A stretch of DNA of 64,000 bases, taken from contig MU053334.1 in NCBI GenBank assembly GCA_013239625.1, forward strand, positions 62,001 to 126,000. The letters run 5' to 3'. Below, piece after piece: positions 59,702-64,000 of the stretch; position 1 is the stretch's first letter, and each line of letters starts with the position of its first letter. Origin of the DNA: Lama guanicoe (Eukaryota). The notes under the pieces are model-generated. The model saw only the letters and a program-made list of their open reading frames with translations. It searched no databases and was not told the DNA's origin. The translations under genes were made by a program, and so were the position numbers.

Positions 59702-62700
59702 ATGGGGAACCGCAGCTACGCGGACGCGGCCGGGCTGCTCGCGGGTGGCGGGCCGGGCACGGGCGGCGGCGTGGAGAACCCGGGGGCCGCGGCGGCGCTG
59801 GCGGGGGGCGTGCTGCTCATCGGCGCGGTGCTGGCGGGGAACACGCTCGTGTGCGCGAGCGTGGCGGCCGAGCGCGCCCTGCAGACGCCCACCAACTACT
59901 TCATCGTGAGCCTGGCGGCCGCCGACCTCCTACTCGCCCTGCTCGTGCTGCCTCTCTTCGTCTACTCCGAGGTGAGCCCGCGCCACGACCGCACGCCACC
60001 CCTCACCTGCTCCCTGTGCCCTGTCCCAGTCCACACCGAGGACCCGGCGCGACCCTGACGCTTGGCCTCTCGGGAACCTTGAGCTGGGCACTGCGCCTGG
60101 TCTCAGGACAACCGGAGCCTCCGTTCTCTCCGAAGCCCGCTCCCCTCTCCCATCTCGCTGCCGTCTGTCTGCTTTGCTGTCTGTCCGCCTCCCTCTTCTG
60201 ACCCCTCTTCTCCCTCCCTGTCTTGGTGTCCACTACGCAAGAGATGCTTCTGTCCTTCAAGCCAGAGACCCCAGAAACAGATGACTTTGACAGTCCAGCC
60301 ATCCACCCAACCTCCTCAGCTGGGCTCCACTCCCTCAGGGGAGCCAGCTGGACAGACGAGCAGATTCAGGCTCAGCCCCAACCCGGCTCCCCTGGGGCAC
60401 AAAGACACACACATCACTGCACTAGGTCACAGCCAAGCACGACCAAACACACGCACACCAGCAAGCCTCACAGGAGGAGACCCTCACTCACGCAGACTCG
60501 TCCCACAGAGGAAAGGACGCTCAGCTGCCGGCGGCTGCAGGGCAGTGAGCGAGTACAGGTGGAAGGAGGGGACACCTGGGCCTGACAGCAGGACTGAGGA
60601 GAGGGGCAGGTGTGGGGCCCAGGAGCCTCCACCCCCAGGTCAGGCTGGGCCCCTGGACGGCTCTGCGTGGCGCCAGTCCTGTGTGCTGCAGTCAGGGCAG
60701 AGAAAAGCTGCTTAGGGCTGAGTTGGGGACACAGTGTCCTGGGCTGTGGGGGAGGGGAGGCTAGCTTTTTCCTACGGTTGCCACGGTGAGTCTGGGCAGG
60801 GCTGGGGCAGAGGCTAGCAGGACAAGGACACGCATGACCTGCCACTCCCCACAGACAGACGTCACAGTGACGGCTCTTAAGCTCCTAATCGTCCCAAATC
60901 AGCAGGAGGGGATTTAGAAGGGGGGTGGCTGTCTGCTCCTTTGCCCTTGGTGGGAGTGCTAGGTGCCACACGGCAGACTTTATATCTCGTAAGTCATTTG
61001 TCCTCAGGATGAACACGTGGGTGCATTCATCACCCCTATTTTACGGATGGGGGGACAGAAGTGAAATGACTTCTCCAGAGTCCCAGAGCAGTGACAGAGT
61101 TTCAGTAGACAGGCGACTCTGAGCTGTCTGCTGAGGGGAGAAGGGGTGCTGGGCTCCCGCTCCAGGTGGCGGGTCCCCACCTGCACAGGGAAGGGCCTCA
61201 CAGTACCCTGAGCCCCACACAATGAGAGACGACAGTCCTCAGGTGGCTACGCCCCCAGGATCCTCCTGCCCCCAAGGCCTTTCTCAGTTCTGACAGAAAG
61301 GAAGGGTAGTCCTCTTGGTGCCCATCTGGTGGGGGGTAGTGTGCCTCTGGCTGTCTGCCCTTCCCCTCACCCCTGGATGTTCGCCCTGTTCTGCTCCCCC
61401 AGGACAGTGGGGTTCAGAAAGAGCTCAGGCAGCGTGGCTGGGGGGACGTCAGCGGTCTTGATCTATTGTCTCTGAGGGGGCCCCCACCTGCGGCCCAGGT
61501 CCAGGGTGGCGTGTGGTTGCTGAGTCCCGGCCTCTGCGACGCGCTCATGGCCATGGACGTCATGCTGTGCACTGCCTCCATCTTCAACCTGTGCGCCATC
61601 AGCGTGGACAGGTAGGCCGCCATCCACTGGCCTATCCCCCGCCTCCCTATCTGCCCGCCTTCACCGTGCTCCCCGCAGGTTCGTGGCCGTGGCGGTGCCC
61701 CTGCACTACAACCGCCAGAGCCACGGGGGCCGCCAGCTGCTGCTCATCGGTGCCACGTGGGTGCTGTCGGCGGCTGTGGCGGCGCCTGTGCTGTGCGGCC
61801 TCAACGACGCACGGGGCCGCCATCCCGCCGTGTGCCGCCTGGAGAACCGCGACTACGTGGTCTACTCATCCGTGTGCTCCTTCTTCCTGCCCTGCCCGCT
61901 CATGCTGCTGCTCTACTGGGCCACGTTTCGCGGCCTCCGGCGCTGGGAGGCAGCCCGCCGCGCCAAGCTGCACGACCGTGCTCCCCGCCGGCCCAGCGGC
62001 CCCGGCCCGCCGACCCAGGATGCCCCCGCACCCTCTGACGCCATCCCACCCCCTGACGCCATTCCAGTCCCCGACACCATCCCGCCTCCCGATGCCATCC
62101 CACCCACCGACTCCATCCCACCCCCGGAGCCCAGCCAGCCCCCCGACAGTGTCCCGGCCCCTGATTCTGATTCCATCCGGGTCCCCGACGACGCCAACTG
62201 GGTCCCTGACGACGCCAACCGGGTCCCTGACGTTACCACACCCCCTGGCACCAACCTGCCCCCTGTCTCCATCCCCACCCCTGGCTCCACCACGGCCGAG
62301 CCCCAGCCGCAGGCCTACAGGAGACGAGCCAAGATCACGGGCCGGGAGCGCAAGGCTATGAGAGTCCTGCCCGTGGTGGTCGGTGGGTACCGGTCCCAGG
62401 GCTGTGGGCGGAGGGGCAGACGGCAGAGCCCAAGGTGTGAGGCAGCGCCCAGGGCCAGCAGCACTGGGACTCGCTCAAGGCGCCCCCAACCCCTCCCCCA
62501 GGGGCCTTCCTGGTGTGTTGGACACCCTTCTTTGTCGTGCACATCACACGGGCGCTGTGTCCCACGTGCGCCGTGTCCCCGCGGCTGGTCAGCGCGGTCA
62601 CCTGGCTGGGCTACGTCAACAGCGCCCTCAACCCCGTCATCTACACCATCTTCAACACCGAGTTCCGCAACGTCTTTCGCAAGACTCTGCGCCTCTGCTG

Positions 62701-62704
62701 CTGA
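59702..62704 (+). CDS. DRD4: Dopamine receptor D4 (429 aa). Exons: 59702-59971, 61499-61611, 61679-62382, 62502-62704
   Basis: [32 protein letters not shown]3 [22 protein letters not shown]5 [22 protein letters not shown]-terminal LRLCC. GT-AG introns in phase, total 1290 nt. Confidence 0.97.
61030..61100 (+). mobile_element. MIR fragment in DRD4 intron 1
   Basis: 'ccctattttacggatggggggacagaagtgaaatgacttctccagagtcccagagcagt'. Confidence 0.5.
62019..62282 (+). repeat. Coding minisatellite in the DRD4 third intracellular loop (~14 units, mostly 18 bp, two of 21 bp)
   Basis: GACGCCATCCCACCCCCT-like units (DAIPPP); GACGACGCCAACYGGGTCCCT twice at 62187-62228. Confidence 0.9.
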
Positions 62705-62902
62705 GCAGACGCCCACCCGCCGCAGTTCCCCTGCCAGGACCCAGCCTTGCCTGGGGCTTTGTGGGCGGAGTTAAACAGATCCCAAACACCAGCTGGGAAG
62801 GCTTCTGGCGGCAGGGCAGAGCAGGGCAGTGAGGCAGGGAGGAGGAGCCTTTACCCCTGGTGGAGCCCAAGCCTGCACTGACCACCCCCCATGGCCAGTT
62901 AA

Positions 62903-62991
62903 CCCTCCCTCTCTCCCTTCCTCCCTCCTTCCTCCCTCCCATCCCTCCCTCCTTCTTCCCCCCTCCCTCCCTCCTTCCTTCCTTCCTTCCC
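62903..62991. repeat. Polypyrimidine (CCCT/CCTT)n tract
   Basis: About 89 nt of C/T with a single A. Confidence 0.9.
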
Positions 62992-64000
62992 AGGAAGCCC
63001 AGAAAACAGACCCCACAGAGCCAGGTCCTGGCTCTGGCCCTGGGGTGGGTGGGGAGGCTCCGCCCAAGGAGAAGTCTGGGGCACAGGGGAAGCCCTTGCC
63101 TGGAAACGCTGTCCCCAGCTCACACCCTTCTCTTACGCGCTCCCTCCCCCATACACCCTGCCTGCTGCAGCCCACCCCGACCCTGACGCCTCCTCCCCGC
63201 ATCCCAGCGGGCCCCGCTCCACCATCCCGGCGCCACAGCTGAGCTGGCCCTGCCCACTGCTTTGCAGCTGCCTTAAGGTCAGAACACAGCTCACTGCCAG
63301 CTCCCGCCCGACCCTAGAGGCCCGAAGCCTGGAGGGGGCCTGGGGTGCGGAGTGGTCTCATGGAGGCAGCCTCCCTCCAGGCAGGGCCAAGCACAGACCC
63401 ACTCGATCAGGCTCAGGCTCGGGTGAGAGCAGGGGGCGCCGCCCCTCCCCCACCCACAGCGTGGCCCCTTCAACCTGAAACCAACCAGCCCGCCCCGTGC
63501 AAGAAGCAGGGGAGGTGCGAAGCCGCTGCGCCCCAGGGCTGTGGCTGAGCTTTCCTGTCCAGGACACTGCCTGTGACCAAGACAGTCACTGCCAGGTGCT
63601 AAGTTCTCTCTAAACATGAGAAACGGGCTGTGAGGTGCATGGCATGGGGCCTCACCGTGTTAAAATATTTCTGGACGGGCCACCCCTCCCCGTCTCTGGG
63701 TGATGACTCTCCCCTGCTCAGGGTCTCAGCTGCTGCCTCCTCCGAGAAGCCTCTCCTGACCACCCCCCAGGACCAGCCTGTCCCTGGGAGAGGCTTGTCC
63801 TCAGGGAACTAAGAACTGGGGGCTGATGCTGATGAGGGGTGCCGTGTCCCTGTGCCCCCCAGCGTCTGACACAAGGTGGGAGTGGGGGGAATGTGGCAGG
63901 ACCCCAGCTCTGGTCGCCACTTCGGCTTCCAGTACCTTCTGGCCTGTGAAGCAGGACGGCTGCAGCGGACACCTGGGTCCCCCCAGGAGGGGCCCAGGTG

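Noticed and set aside
62383..62774. Read-through of the DRD4 exon 3 ORF to 363 aa
   Set aside because: Splicing 62382 to 62502 restores TM6-TM7; the read-through loses them.
1..64000. CRISPR array, prokaryotic defence system or other novel multi-gene system
   Set aside because: Intron-containing mammalian DNA; no repeat-spacer arrays or operons, and gene order matches the known syntenic block.

Overview
GC-rich mammalian genomic DNA syntenic with human 11p15.5: MIR210/MIR210HG (-), PHRF1 (+, 17 coding exons, ~1636 aa), IRF7 (-), CDHR5 (-, 15 exons, ~753 aa), SCT (-, 4 exons, 130 aa) and DRD4 (+, 4 exons, 429 aa). Exon boundaries were read by hand from GT-AG sites and checked for phase. The tRNA-derived SINEs resemble the camelid type, so the source is probably a camel, alpaca or llama (inference). 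I found no wholly new multi-gene system. The most notable observations are: (1) IRF7 carries several apparent lesions (a 48-nt in-frame intron, a linker exon without a usable donor, a C-terminal 1-nt frameshift, no nearby AATAAA); (2) a CHTOP retrocopy with an unexplained 5' segment sits inside an L1 in PHRF1 intron 6; (3) a solo ERV LTR with perfect 6-bp TSDs lies between SCT and DRD4; (4) DRD4 has an 18/21-bp coding repeat, a 17-bp promoter duplication and an RE1-like site; (5) mature secretin has Gln at position 18. Comparisons with orthologues are from memory, not from database searches.
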